A stretch of DNA of 64,000 nt from Trichoplax sp. H2 (taxonomy: Eukaryota), in the NCBI GenBank assembly GCA_003344405.1, contig NOWV01000233.1, positions 1-64,000 of the forward strand. The letters run 5' to 3'. Of this stretch, positions 20,680 to 34,848 are shown one piece after another. The translations under genes and the position numbers were made by a program. The notes beneath the pieces are model-generated. The model saw only the letters and a list, made by a program, of their open reading frames with translations, did not search any database and had not been told where the DNA came from. Within the stretch, counting starts at the first letter, position 1, and every line of letters begins with the position of its first letter.

Positions 20680-22225
20680 AAACTGAGCAATTTTAAGGCG
20701 CTAAGATAAACAATGTCAATAAAATCGATGGAATTTTGGAAAGCGTTATCGTTTGTTCTAGCAAAGTGAACCTTTCAAATTCCCCTCTAGAAAAATCGCT
20801 CTGCTCGGTATCTATCGTATTTATTCTTAGAAGATAGAAGATATTGCTATAATGATTAATTAAATAGATTGAATAAAGCTTAAGTAGTAAAACCATCAGA
20901 AAGTATCTGGCAATTCATAGTATATCTAGTACCAGTACTTAAATAGGAGAATATTCTAAGGAATATTACTTATCTCCTTATTCTACAAATTGAAACTTAA
21001 GGTTCTGACAAACTGTAAAACACTACCTCAGTATTTCGTATGAAACGCGTTACTAAAGCTGTCGTGCAAAGCCAACGGTGTCGAGGTGTTATCATGAGAA
21101 TTTTAATCAACTATAAGTTTATAAAATTGTGCAGTGGATATTTGTGAGTTAAGCATGAAAATTTCTGATGCCAATAATATTACTATAGTGAGCGAATCTT
21201 TCGTCACTAATTCCTATCCGATAGTTTAAACATCGTAATACACCATTAAACCCTCAATTCTTACAAGTATTTACGTCCAAGCAATAAATCAAATCATAAT
21301 ACAAGATGAATTGTATCATTTAAGATAATAATTACGGTAATATCAGAGCGATAATTAACAATTACATTTAAGCTACAAAGAAATATAATATTGCAATTGC
21401 GTGCAATATGCTAAAACACTTTAAAGAACGCTGTTATCCAAATTGTACAATTACTTACATTGTGTTATCTCTCGAATACCGCCGAAATCTGGAACCCGTT
21501 AAAAAATTTTCGTTGGGAGCTTGTGCCACGATATCTTCAAATTTTTCAGAAACGGATTCTCACTGTAATTTTTTACTAAAAGAATAACCAACGAATATCT
21601 TATTCAGTTTGTATCCGCAGTAATTGGTGATTGAACTATATTCTAATAGGTAATAGAAGGTCGGTATGCCCGTATTTATACATGACCTTTCTATTTCGGG
21701 ATAAGCGGGAGGCCTAGTTATGTACGACTGTAAATTGAATTCTATTTTTATTAGCATAATTAGCTAAAAGTAATTATTATTATAGTACATAAGTTATTGT
21801 CATCGCCGATGTGTATTATTTAAACGTTCTGTATTAGTTTGTTAGGACATTCAAAGCAATTGTTTTTGACTATAACGATGGAAAGTAAATGTCGTACGTC
21901 ATTCAAGTAAGATTGCATCAGATTAATTTTTGTATTATCTTAAATACTTATGCTAGGAAAGACAAATTTTATAAACTCTCGATAACTTCTCCGTTATCTA
22001 AGCGGAAAAACTCAAAGTCGTTGGCTAGCCTAAGTTACCGCTATTTTAAATCTGAGCTGTATTTAAACTATATTTAGATATAATGTTCTCTAATACAAAC
22101 TAACTACTTATTGTTAGTGATTTTTACTCTTTGAATTTGCCCGGAGCTTTTCAATTTTCGACTCCAAAAAACCAAACGAGCCATTTTAGGCTTGTGTCGT
22201 TCATAAATGTCTTATTTAAACAACT
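20680..22225 (-). pseudogene. Possible decayed multi-exon gene of unknown family
   Basis: Several short segments bounded by ag/gt sites on the minus strand (~22223-22126, 21727-21593, 21562-21459, 21110-21027, 20826-20684) give protein-like text (SYITRPPAYPEIERSC.., SEKFEDIVAQAPNENFLTGSRF.., NKYDRYRAERFF*RGI*KVHF..) with stops. No family recognised. Confidence 0.3.
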
Positions 22226-23215
22226 GAATTTACTTTAGATATACATATAAAAATATTATTCTACTGAGAATACGACATACAACCGGACTTTAAATAGTTA
22301 TAATACAAACTTATTCAAATATGGAAAATGAATTATAATACTGATTTAAAGTATTATCACAGTAACACATCATAAGCGCACATTAATGGATATCCAATAG
22401 TGAAGAGTAGCAGTAAAACGATACATTAGATGGCGTAACTTTACATGATACCGTTTTAAATCTACAACTGACGTTATTAAGTACTCATTTTGTGCTTGTA
22501 TAGATTCAAATTGAGAAATAAACTCTTTCTTCTCTGACTTCATGCTTTGTTACCAGTTCTCAAGTATTTCTATCAGCGACTAATACAAAATACATTTTAT
22601 GATTGTAGACAATTTAATCCGCTTGTAAATAACTTTAAACCTTAAAACAATTAAGTAAAAATCCTGATATTAAAAACTTACAATTATGCAAATTCATGTA
22701 CAATAATAGTAGCTGCTATATTTATCCTACCGTATCAGTATTTTAATATATTTAATTGCTATAAACTATCGCTACCTGAGGGTAGGTTTCAGACAGGAAT
22801 GAAACCAGTTCAAGCAAAATAAATTGTCGTTTATTAAATGTCCAACCGTTAAGATGGATGACATTTTCTTTATTCCAGAAACTTTTATGTATCAAGTCTG
22901 TCATTAATTGCTAAACCCCAAGTGCAAGCTTAACCTAGATATTATTCAATTTTTATGGTTACCCTCAAAATTCTTTCTATACTGCAATGATGTTACAATA
23001 GCTCGCACCTGCAAAGCTAAATATTTTAAAATAGCTTGCTATTGAACTTCCTAAATATCACCTAATTCCATCGCGAACTATTTAAGAACAATTCAAGAAT
23101 ATCACAATTTACATTGATATATCAAGTCCTGCAAACTCATTGTAAGCAAGTTAAGTAAGGTGTTTAATCAATTGCTCTTTCTGGTGTTATTGTCCTTACT
23201 TTAGGCCTACATTTC

Positions 23216-24140
23216 TTAGATCTGCTGTTATAAGAAGTTTTTCCTTATCTGTAGGAACATACTTTACTATTACATAGAATCTGCACTGTTAGACAATCAG
23301 TAATAAAATCTGTTATTACGAATTACGGTATGTTATCTATACACTAAGTACACTTAGTAGAGCAGGTTTGTTATAATATGCAGAGAGAGAATAATCTTGC
23401 GAAATAAGTTAGAGGTAAGTGTACCTATTAAATAGGACACATAAAGAACGGGTGTAGATGGAATTAAATGTCTAATATACACCTTGATTTAATAGTCTCG
23501 GTAATAGCAAATCACTGCAGGTGCAGTAATTGTGATGATTTGCCATATTTAACTGTTTCTAAAGTACCCAGTGGCTTGTGCTAGACGCTACTGATGAACA
23601 GTCATTTCTATATAAACATTATGATTTAGTTCTTAAAGAAGGATTTGTGCATGCATATTCTACTTATAATTAGATTATAATTAGATCTGCTGATATAAGA
23701 AGTTTTTCCTTGTCTGTTTGAGCCTATTTACTATTACGTAGAATCTTAACTGTTAGACAATCAGTAATAAAATCTGTTATTATTAAATTCCGTATGTTAT
23801 CTATACGCTAAGTAAACTTAGTAGAGCAGGTTTTTAAAATACGCAGAGAGAGAATAATCGTGCGAAATAAGTTAGTGGTAAGTGTACCTATAAAATAGAA
23901 TACATGTAGAGCGGGTGTTGATGGAATTAAATGTCCAATATATTCCTTAATTTAATAGTCTCGGGAAAAGCAAAGCAAACCATTGCAAGTGCAGTAATTG
24001 CAAAGATTTGTCATATTTAACAGTTCTAAAGTACCCAGTGGCTTGTGCTAGACTCTACTGACGCACAATCATTTCAATGTAAACATCATGATTTAGTTCT
24101 TAAAGAAGGATTTTTTTCCATGCATATTCTACTTATAATT
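23216..24140. repeat. Tandem direct duplication, 2 x ~465 bp, intergenic
   Basis: ttagatctgctg.tataagaagtttttcctt at 23216 and 23681; collinear through aaagtacccagtggcttgtgctagac to atgcatattctacttataatt (ending ~23671 and 24140). Confidence 0.95.
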
Positions 24141-24909
24141 CTGTATTCGCCCGCTGTCTATAGTAGAAGCGTACAAACTGAACAATCCATTTCATTCTTC
24201 ACTAAAAGACTCATATATGCGTAAGGTAGATGAACCAATGGTATTGGTATTCTTCACTATATCTTTTTCTGTCAGATAGACTCTTGAGTGAAAAGGGTAT
24301 CATAGTATGTGACACTTTTACAGTACATATAGGTTGAAGCAGCTATCATGTCTATAAATATGATTTCTCGCTACATAGTATCATTTTATTTTACTTCAAT
24401 ATCAGAACCAAGAAGTGAAAATAAAAGTTTTACTCAATTTATTGTCATGCACGGCTAAAATGTTTCTTCTATAGTAGTAAACACGCTAGTAAAATAACCA
24501 TGAGAAAAATTTTAGCTAAAAAGCGATAGTTTGCATTGACGATTCTGTATTCCTGTATTACTACAATTTAAACATGGAATGCTGGAAATTTCTAATAGCT
24601 TTTGCAGATTGACTAATAGTCGAAAATAGTATGTCAAGTATAAACAACTTCATTACTACAAGGAAAAATCAAACAAAGTAATTAAAATCCGCTGTAATCA
24701 AATCATTAAGGAGGCTATGTATATATTTACACAAAATAATCTTATTCTGAAATGTTACACACACGTGCTATCATAATGTGTAACATGAAGGTCCTACTAG
24801 CACTAAAGATAAAATGCGTAATATTTTGTGGTAAAGCATTACAAATTAAACGTAATTTCACATTAATTCACGCTGTAATAGATAAAATCAGAATGGATGA
24901 AAAGATGCT

Positions 24910-27900
24910 TTAGGTTCGAACCTTGAATCGAGCGCCTACATCATCTTCTTCATCTACTGCAACGTTATGATGTTGGACTAGAGCTCCAACTAAAGTTAAT
25001 AAGCGTTCATTCTGTGCTTGCATAGATTCAACTTGTGTACGAAGATCTTTCACTTCCAATCTCAGATTATTTTGCTGGTTTTCGAGCAACTCCGTTGGTG
25101 ACTATTGTAAAAGGACACCCACAACTGAATTAGTACTAAAGAAATACCACGTACAGATTTCAACTGTATATATATACAAGTAGAATATGCTATTCCCAAC
25201 TTAAAGGCGATGCACATTCTAAAAAGATAAATAATCTCGAAGCAGTTATCCTGAATCTTAGACCAACCTTTTCTGCTTTAAGGGTTATTTGAGATAGTGG
25301 GGAGACCGATTGGAGAAAACTAAATTTTCGTAGTAGTTTGTTTCCATTATTAGGATAGAAGACTTGTTCTTTGATACTGAACTTTTCACGTATCCAATTG
25401 GGCATAAATTGCTCGACATCAAGTACTAAGCTAACCTGGACAACATGGCGTTGGCTATTACTCATACGCGCAAATTCACTTTTTATGCAGTTAAGTAAAG
25501 CAATCAATACTAAAGCAATTACCTGCATAGCCAAACGTTTTAAAACAGCTTGCTGTTGAACTTCTTTTATATCATCTACTGCTAAACCAATCTATTTCAA
25601 TATATATTATAAACCACAAGTTAGCAAGTATTGACAACATTTAGAAATTTTGTAAAATAGTCGAGAATAAATGATGTAAAAACATCTGGTTCTATAAATA
25701 GCGTTACAATCAATTTTCTTACCAAGAGATTCATCAGCAGGATAGGCATAAATATAATAAAGAGTCCAAAGAGTATGTAGGTTACTGCTTGAAAACAGAC
25801 TAATAAGCCAGGACTATTAAATGTATCATCAAAGTCAAATTCACCAATAGTCATGACAGCCGTCTTAATCAAGGCTTTTCCGGGTGTATTGAAAGGAATC
25901 TATTGCAAATATCAAATATTTCACTTTCTTACAACAGTCCATACAAATAAGCTATTATACAAAATTGGCAAATAGCAACAACTTTATTTTATATTATCTT
26001 GACCGTTTACAACATTATGGCCAAATTTTAGATAAAAATGCAATTAATATAAAGTCTCACATTTACTTACATGATTTTGCAACAGGACGAAAAATGCCAA
26101 TCCAAAGGCTGTAATAAACAGCATGAAAATGACAAAGAATTTAACAAAAGTATTAAATATATCTATAAACATTACAACGTATATTCCTATGATTGGAAAT
26201 TTCCTTATGAATAATATCAGGTTAAACCATGCCAAAAAAATGGCAACTGCACCAAATTGTAATCTCCAATAAAACCGTAACTGGATGGCTCCAGCAGTAA
26301 ATAAAAGTGACATAATAAAACCAGTTACTTCCAGTAGGTTTTCCAGCGTAAAGTATTCAAACCTTTGATAAAAGACTTGAAAAAGCTACAGTAATGGAAA
26401 GAATAATTATGATGAATACTATAGAATAATTTTATCATCTAGCATCAGATAGAATCGCCTTCTCTATACTTGTTTTAAGAAACTATCCTAGAAATATCAC
26501 AAACCTCAATAGCAAGCCGCACCGCAGAAAGTACAGTAACTATCACAGAACCAATTCCGACAAAAAAGATATAAGAAAATGTTCCCTGAGTTGCTAAGCT
26601 GGCTTGTGGCTTCAAATTGCATGTAGCATTAATGCCATATTGGTTGTAAATAGTAAATCCAGTTAGGAAAAACAAATAGATAAGATAGATGAGTAAATTG
26701 GTGTAGTAGATATAACGTCCAGATCGCTCCCACTTGTAACGTAAAAAGCAATTGACCAATGGATGAGCAAGTAAAGATTGCCGCTGACTATTCACCTATT
26801 TAGATTACATATCAAGTTAATACCAATTTTACGCATAAAATTGATTAACATTAATTACGAACGTAAAGGAATATTTTGCTAAACCCAGTAGTATTTCATT
26901 GGCACCCACAAAACGGTGCAATTATTATTGTGAGAGTATTTTGTAGATGTTATACGGGTATAACGATAAAAAATTTCGCAGATATGACTGTAATTATGGG
27001 CAATTAAGTTCAAGCAATCTCTTACGCGAAAGCAAAGAATTCTTTGCACTTACCATAATCATTAACGGATGATTTCTTTTGAACGATGCACCTGTTATTC
27101 TCTTCTTATATTTTTTGGTATTATCCTCAATTTTATATTCATATAGAATCTCATCCGTTTTATCTTGAGGATTGGACTCAAACCAATCTGTGTAGACGTC
27201 GTCCAAGAAGTCATATCTTAAATGGACCTTGTAGTTAAGGCTTTCAATAGGCTCATTATTTGGTATGGTACATTTGTTGAATACCAATTCAGCGACATCT
27301 AATATATAAAGAGTTATAGAAATGAGAAATTAAAAATATCTTAACTAAAATTATCTAATCCTCCAGCTTGAATATACGCGTTATGTACAATATTTGCTAG
27401 TATTTGACTTAAACTTGAAACTGAAATTGTATATTGCTACCCGAATTAGCTTATGATTAAAAATTATCTAGTAATTGATAGCTGTAAGAAGAACTTAATT
27501 TCTATGGTAAAGTAAAATTTTTAACAAACTGTACTTTTTGTTTTATGATTTTGAAGACATTTTATCCCATATACATGGCATTTATATAGATGTACAGAAA
27601 GGAGAAATTGCTAATATTGCCACTAAAATTGCCAAGGCTCAAGCCTGGGTACAATACACAACTATTATTAATATTTGACTTAATTTAGAAATTATAGCGC
27701 AATATTCGATTTATTAAATATTTTAAGCACTACTTCACTACTGTAAAGAAGATCAATGTAAAAAATGGAAAACACTAACCTGGTAATTTACGTATTAATT
27801 TGCGTAATGGAGTATCCACATCTCCAGTTGGAGATACGGTAGTATTTTTAAGAGCCTCTTCCCATTTATCATAACGAATTATAGCAACTGCAACATCGCT

Positions 27901-30900
27901 ACAAATAAACATAAATCAAAGTTAAAATAATAACAGGTGATTGTTAGCCTTGCAAGCTTGACTTCCATTTACTCCAAAATACGATTTGTATGTTCGAGGA
28001 TTTCGCAGTTAGATACTAATCGCAAATGGCCTTACCGATGACCTTCTTCTATGGCCATGTCCAAGCAATTTCTGCCTGTCTCATCAGTTAAAGTGATATC
28101 AGCTCCATTTTGAAGTAATAACTTGACGCAAACTTTATGACCATTTTGAGCGGCTAAATGCAAAGGTGTGGTCTAAGAAGAATGTAACGGAAAGAAAACT
28201 TGAAATTTTCCCTTAAAATTAGTGAATTACTAGTAGTCCCTATATCTACCATACAAGTTAATCTTGTCGTATTCATAAACTTTACAAATTATAAGAACGA
28301 ATAAGAAGAAAGAATGAATAGATCCCCACCTTCCGTTTATCCATTGGATCAACGGGAGAATCGCCATCCAGTAATATCTCGATCGTTTTTGGCCAACCAT
28401 TGGCAGCAGCACAATCTAGAGGTGTCCATCCGGTAGCATTTCTAACATGAAGACATCACCATATAAAATAAGCCGAATTCTAAGAATAATAATATCCTCA
28501 AAAGATGCCAACCGAGAATACTCGACATCCTAAGGATCAACATTTTACTCTACACTTGCATACGATTCACGGATAGTGTACTGCAATAAAGTCCATGAAA
28601 ACTGTCATACTTAGCATCAACAGCTGCACCGTATTCTAGTAAAGCCGAAATAACGTGGACATGGCCTTTAATCGCTGCAATATGGAGAGGAGAATTTGAC
28701 GATTCGTCTTCATCATTGACAATGGAAGAGTCATAATTAACAAGTACGCGAACAACCCTATCAATATCAAAATAGACGTTATAAATATTACTGATTGCTA
28801 TATACGTCGTTCTTAATTGCTGGTGTAAGTAAACATAGCTTCCCTATACAATATGCACTTAAGGATTAATCATCGTTTCCCATACAATTACATGATAGAT
28901 GACTATAATACTGTACGATATTGGTAACGATTTCAATTTACGACCAATATACAGAATGCAGTTCAGAAAAATCTATCCTAACATATTCATGCTCATGAAA
29001 CTAACTGTGTTCTGCCGTTGTCTGCTGCTAAATGAAGAGGTGTTAACTCTTCTTCATTTCTGGCATCAATTTGAGCTCCATGTTCCAACAAAATCTATAT
29101 GAAATTTTTAATATTCATGTTTACTTAATTACAACTCATCATTAGCGTAATTGCATTGATGCAGTACTGCATGTATATCAAGAAATTTTCTATTTAATAA
29201 TCTATGAAGATAAAAAGTACTAAATCAATTTGAGCAGCAAACCTTGACACAATTTACGTATCCTTCACGGCTTGCAACGTGCAGTGGGTAGTTATCGTTA
29301 GTATCAGCAGCGTCCACTAAAACTTTAGTCTTTCTAGGATCTCGGCTAAGTAATAACTAATATTAGAGATAAAAACACAGACATTACATGACCAAAGTTT
29401 AAATAGAGAAAAACATAATAATGGATGTTGGCTGCTTGTTTTCAGTTGAGCCTGATACATGTCAAGATTCTATAATCGAACCGATATAACGAGACAATAT
29501 CAAGTTTACCTGCAAAGTCTCCGGCTGATTCTCTTGAGCAGCCCAATAGACCGCGCTTCTTTCTTTATAATCTGTAGCTGTAATATCGACATTTTTTTCC
29601 AACAATGTCTTGACTGAGTCTACGCGACCGTAGGCAGCTGCGGACAAGAGAGGCGTAAAAAAATCGCAATCTCTAGCTTCGATACGCGCACCTCTGTTTA
29701 TTGAATGATGAAATAAATACGAACACTTCAATAATCAACATTATTATTGCATTGATATAGAATAAGTTTACGTAGTTTACTAGTCAGGTAAGAAAAGTGG
29801 CTATTACTTTTGAATTAAATATTCAACAATTTGAGGCCTATTAAAGCCGGCAGCACGATGAAGAGGTGTTTGTGACTTTGTGTTCTTGACATTCACTTTA
29901 GCCCCATATCGAAGCAGTAGCTTGACAATTTCCAGGCTCCTAACAGCTGCTAAATGTAATGATGTTTTGCCATTGGATTTTTTAGCATTAACATCAGCAC
30001 CTGGCGGTAATACAAGAAAAAATGAGCATACTGAAGCATGCAAGCACAAAATCGAAATGAAACCCAATTATATTCCAAAGTCTCGACAATTGTTTAGAAT
30101 AGTTGTCATTACCATTTTCTAGTAAGAACGCTACCACACTTGCATGACTATTTTCGGTAGCATAATGTAAAGGTGTGCAATTATCAGTATCGGTAGCATT
30201 GAGAACATCCTTCAATTCGTAATATCCATGCCGGCCAGTTTTGGCGTAATTAACTAATGCTTTTACGATCTAGATTTCGTTAGCAAAGCAAGGTATGCGT
30301 ATGTTAAGTAAATTGCATCCCTTTAATGAGCACAAGATTGGTTTCATATCTTCTCTACTCTATGCCCATTAAAAATGCCATAGGGTAAAACAGAAATTAA
30401 CGATAAGCTATAAAAGAATTGGTTATGCCTTACATCTAGATGACCTTCCATGCAAGCACCATGCAGAGGTGTTGCCTCCTCATCATCTCTACACAGAATA
30501 TTGACTCCTCGCTCGAGCAATGTTATAGTAACCTCCAGTCTTCCATTACTTGTGGACATATGCAATGGTGTCATCAGTTGCTTATCCGGGATCTACAGAT
30601 AGCAAAGTTATAGTCCAATTTATAAATTCATATTAAAAATTTTATTCAAAGACGAGCAATTTTTAGAATGCAGCAAAAAATAATAATTGCAATGGATACC
30701 AGAATTAACTTGCAAGTATTGTTTATTGTAAATTACTTTTTTCTCTAACTAGGTAAGCTTTGCAGGCAGTTATACTACTCTACAAACGCTAGCTACTGTA
30801 GTTTAAACCTTCCATTTTTAGCATACCTCATGTTGGCAACCTTCAACGGATAATAAGCATTGAACTGCATATTGATTTCCTCGAACAGCAGCGTAATGCA

Positions 30901-33900
30901 TAGGTGTCAAGCCATAATTATCAGGCAAATTGATACTTGCATTATTTTGTATTAATAGCAGAATACTGGATCCTTCCAGGTCGTCACTTCCAGCATCTGT
31001 TTGATCCTCTAAAGTGTGCAAAAAAAATAGATATCCTATGAACTTATTATTCAACGACCTAATCAGTATCACTATCGGTACAGGATGGATCAATTTTTAA
31101 TAAAGAATAAGCGAGAATTTGTTCGATAAGTGAGCAAGTCTTGGCTATATGAGTAACCGTCGTACCGTTTGCACTTGCGCTATTTATATTGCCTTGGACT
31201 TGAATTGTTTGATCGTCCGTCTTTTTAGGCTTACAAAATTTTGCAGCATAATGTAATGGCGTTGCTCCATCTTCGCCTTTGATATTTACCGCTGGAATAA
31301 AGTGATGTAGGAATAGAGCAATTTCGTTAGAACTGCTTAACGTTACTTTGCTAATATTTTAAAATGTTGCGAATGATGGAGACAAAATTGCATTTTCGAT
31401 CGAAATAGTATTCAAGTCGATGATATACAATCGTGGTACCCATTCTATGCTGTCTATTTAGTTGAAGTTATTTTAATTAATTTATAACCATTAATCGATA
31501 ATTTAATTACTGACTCCATTAATCAATATGAATTTGGATTATTTTCAAATTCACTCGAATAATAAATTGACGCCATGTTTTTTCGATGCAATTATCTTCT
31601 ACTTACTCGCCCCACAATCTAACAACTTTTCGATGCAATGGTTGTGGTTATATCGTACAGCATAATGAATTGGAGCCGCCATATACTCATCCAATTTGTC
31701 TACCAAGTTGTATTTCTTCTTAGAATCTCTATTTTCAGCATCTTGTTTAATCAAATATTCAAGGTCTTCTTTTGAGCCATTGCGTGCGGCCTATTCATAC
31801 AGTAGTTACATTAAATGGTCTTAGAAATATCGATTCTCGAGTATACAAAACAAGGCAGTTCAGCTTAGCCAAATGAAATCTTATTCAATAGTAATTTTTA
31901 TTCATTTTAACTATCGCTAATCTCTGTCTAACCAATGTATGTATCAAATTAATAGCGGGTAAATATAACGAACTAGTTTAGCCTAGTGGTATTCTGTTTG
32001 ATAATTTCTTCATTTAAAATATCACTAATCTACGTCTAACTCAATTTAAATTATATTGGATGCGAGTAACAAATTTAAGTGGACACAAAATGGAATTATT
32101 ACGGCTTGGCAATCTTGTCTGGGAATAATTTAATCTACGTCTAACCGAGACTAATTAAGTATTATTAATTAACTTGACGCGATTTTGCTTCTGCCGTAGA
32201 AATCTGCAACTGGAATGCTTTAACAAATCATGAATAAGGTATAAATTAGCACTGCAGTTAAAGAATAAGATTAAGGGTAACACGAGGTAATTGGCTGATT
32301 ACGCCTGACCTGCAAATGCAAAACTTTAATAACACTTGAATAGTGCCTTAACTACGCCAAAAGAAAAAGATTACGAGTACCACAAGGTAATAGGCTGATT
32401 GCACCTGATCTGCAATTGCAAAACTTTTTACAACACTTCAATAGTGCCTCAACTACAGTAAAAGGATGAGATTAGGAATAATACTAGGTAATAGACTGAT
32501 TACATCTGTCTGCAATTGCAAAATTTTTGTAAGACTTGAATGGTGCCTTAACTATAAAATACCACGGTAAAAGAAGAAGATTGCCGGTACAAACTTAATT
32601 AGCTATGATATCCTATACTATGGTGAAGATTGTCTCTGCAGATCTATTGATTAATGTAATTACTGATTTATGCAAGTATAACCGGTCTACTATGCGTAGG
32701 TGTTCTACTGTACTTTATACCTTATTAATCACTTCTGTTCAATATTTAGTGATTATGCAACGTTCATACTCATCCTGATATCGTATAAATAAATTGGATG
32801 TAAAAACACTAAGCACTGTAAGTAATTACTAACGTTAAAATTATTTGAATCACCAGGTGATCCACATATTTTTCCAATCATACGTCAAATAGTATGCAAG
32901 AGTACTGATCAAGATTGGATGGTACTTATAGAATAAAGATGCGTTCCAAAATTGGCATGGTAGTCTTGCACTAATATTACAATACACGACATGAATGCAA
33001 TATTCAAGTAGATTGCAAAATATGTATCCTCGAGTTAAATACAGAAATAAGATATCCGCTTTACCAACTGATCATTAAAGATAGGGTGCCTCGCTTTTAA
33101 ATGAATTGGCAAGTTACCTTACGCGTTAAAGAGATTCTGCATCAACACCAATATACGACTCCTCGATTACATGTATATAAGCTAGGCCAAAGCCCAATAA
33201 TTTAAGTGTAATTACCGTATTTCGAACTTTGCCCAATCAATTGGTCAGTTAGACTATGAATAACAGCTAATTTAATTCATATTAGGAGAACATGAACTTA
33301 CTTCATGTAAGGTATATGCTATTTGATCTCCATCTGCTGTGGAGACGGAATTTAATTCAACAGCATCCGTCATTTTATCAGCACGAACTTGAGAAAGGGA
33401 TGTTGCCGATGTAGTTATATTATTTTGCATACCAGTTGAAAAGTTAAAAACGTTAACGTCGCTGTCGACGTAGTCTAGATTAATTCGATGTTTAGAACGA
33501 GATTTAGCTGTACTTTGGATTCTATAAAGTTGAAATAAAAATTGTTATTGCGTTAAATATTCCATCAATCTAGATTAAAATCAATGTAAATCACACGTAA
33601 CAAATAACTAATATCGAACTGAGTATGATCAATTTTAAGAACATGCAAGAAATTATTTCATACAAACTCGCTTCATTCAGCAATAAAAAGAGATTTAGAA
33701 ATGAAAAGATTTATCTTGGAAGAACGACCAAGTTGATCCTTAGCTTATCACGATGGATACTAGCAATCGGGAAATTAAGTAAAACAGTTTCCTCCCATCT
33801 ATGAGCTATAAAAATTAATTTTACTGCTCTCTATACAATTCATGGGAAACCTTCTAGAGATGAAGTTAGGGATGTTGAGATGATTGTAATTATTCAACTA

Positions 33901-34848
33901 TGTTTGGTAGTCATCCATTTAGGGCAAAGAAGATGTTATGTTGATGGCGAACCTACAGTATATGGACTGCATATACTGTGCAGTGTCCAGTCAATAAATA
34001 GTACAGTATATACTGTACTTATAACTGTACTCATCAACCATGCTATACTGTATTAACCAATCCTAACTTTTAATATAATAATTATTCATTGTAAGATATC
34101 GAGTAGAGGGAATACACACGTTGGTATACTCATGCTATTCACTACATTAGGGAAAGAAATAGCAGTGTTCTTCCTCCAGCATGTTTCCTTCATTCATTCT
34201 TAACTGCAAAGGTTAACGTTGTCAATTTCAACGATCATCGATTCTATTTTACTTTGTACTTCCATACAGTAACAGGATGATGCGTAATGATGATCAAAAA
34301 TAGCTATCATGTTTACTAGAGTAAGGTCGAAAAATTCAACACATGGATAGCCCAATAGTAAAATCCATCGTGGTAAGCAAACTAATCATCAGCACCATTT
34401 AACTTTTTGGCAAGACTGAAATAGCCGTTTTACTTTGGTACTTACCCCTAGAAAAGAGAAAAAAATGAATTTTTAAAACCAACTCGCGAGGGAAAGGGAT
34501 AAACCAATGGAATGGAGTGATGGCTGTCGACTGCCGAATAGAATAACTCTACTCCCATCGACAACCTTTTTACATAGCTTATCTATGGCTAGATAATAAT
34601 GATTGTATAATCAGACAATAGGCAAAACAAGTATGATAGATAAAGCTATTGTGACGACAAGATTGTCATGGATATACTGTACTGTACTGTAATGTACAAT
34701 ACGTCGAGAGCCTGCTCAATGCTTCTACAGTAGTACTATAGTTTTGCCATGTCTGTCTCTCTTTTCTTGCTGCCAACATTTCAAATGAGGACATGCGTAA
34801 TGATCCAGCATTATACTGCATTTTAATTCGACTATTCGTTGAATTCAT
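24910..34848 (-). CDS. TRPA1: TRPA1-like ankyrin-repeat cation channel, copy B (apparently intact)
   Basis: Exons include 33521-33302, 31790-31607, 31291-31166, 31008-30827, 30592-30434 and further ones down to TAA at 24910-24912. Long ankyrin array, DTPLRKLIRKLP, NHPLMIM, LLAHPLV..KW, six TM segments, pore KTAVMTIGEFDF, MPILLMNLLIGLAVDDIK, C-terminal coiled coil LRLEVKDLRTQVESMQAQNERL. First exon 34848-34703 is tentative (phase-compatible donor). Symbol denotes family, not proven orthology. Confidence 0.93.
32255..32585. repeat. ~100 bp tandem repeat, 3 copies, in a TRPA copy B intron
   Basis: aaag.a.aagatta..aggtaat.g.ctgatt..ctgcaa.tgcaaaa..acttgaatagtgcct.aacta starting at ~32260, 32360, 32460. 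Confidence 0.9.
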
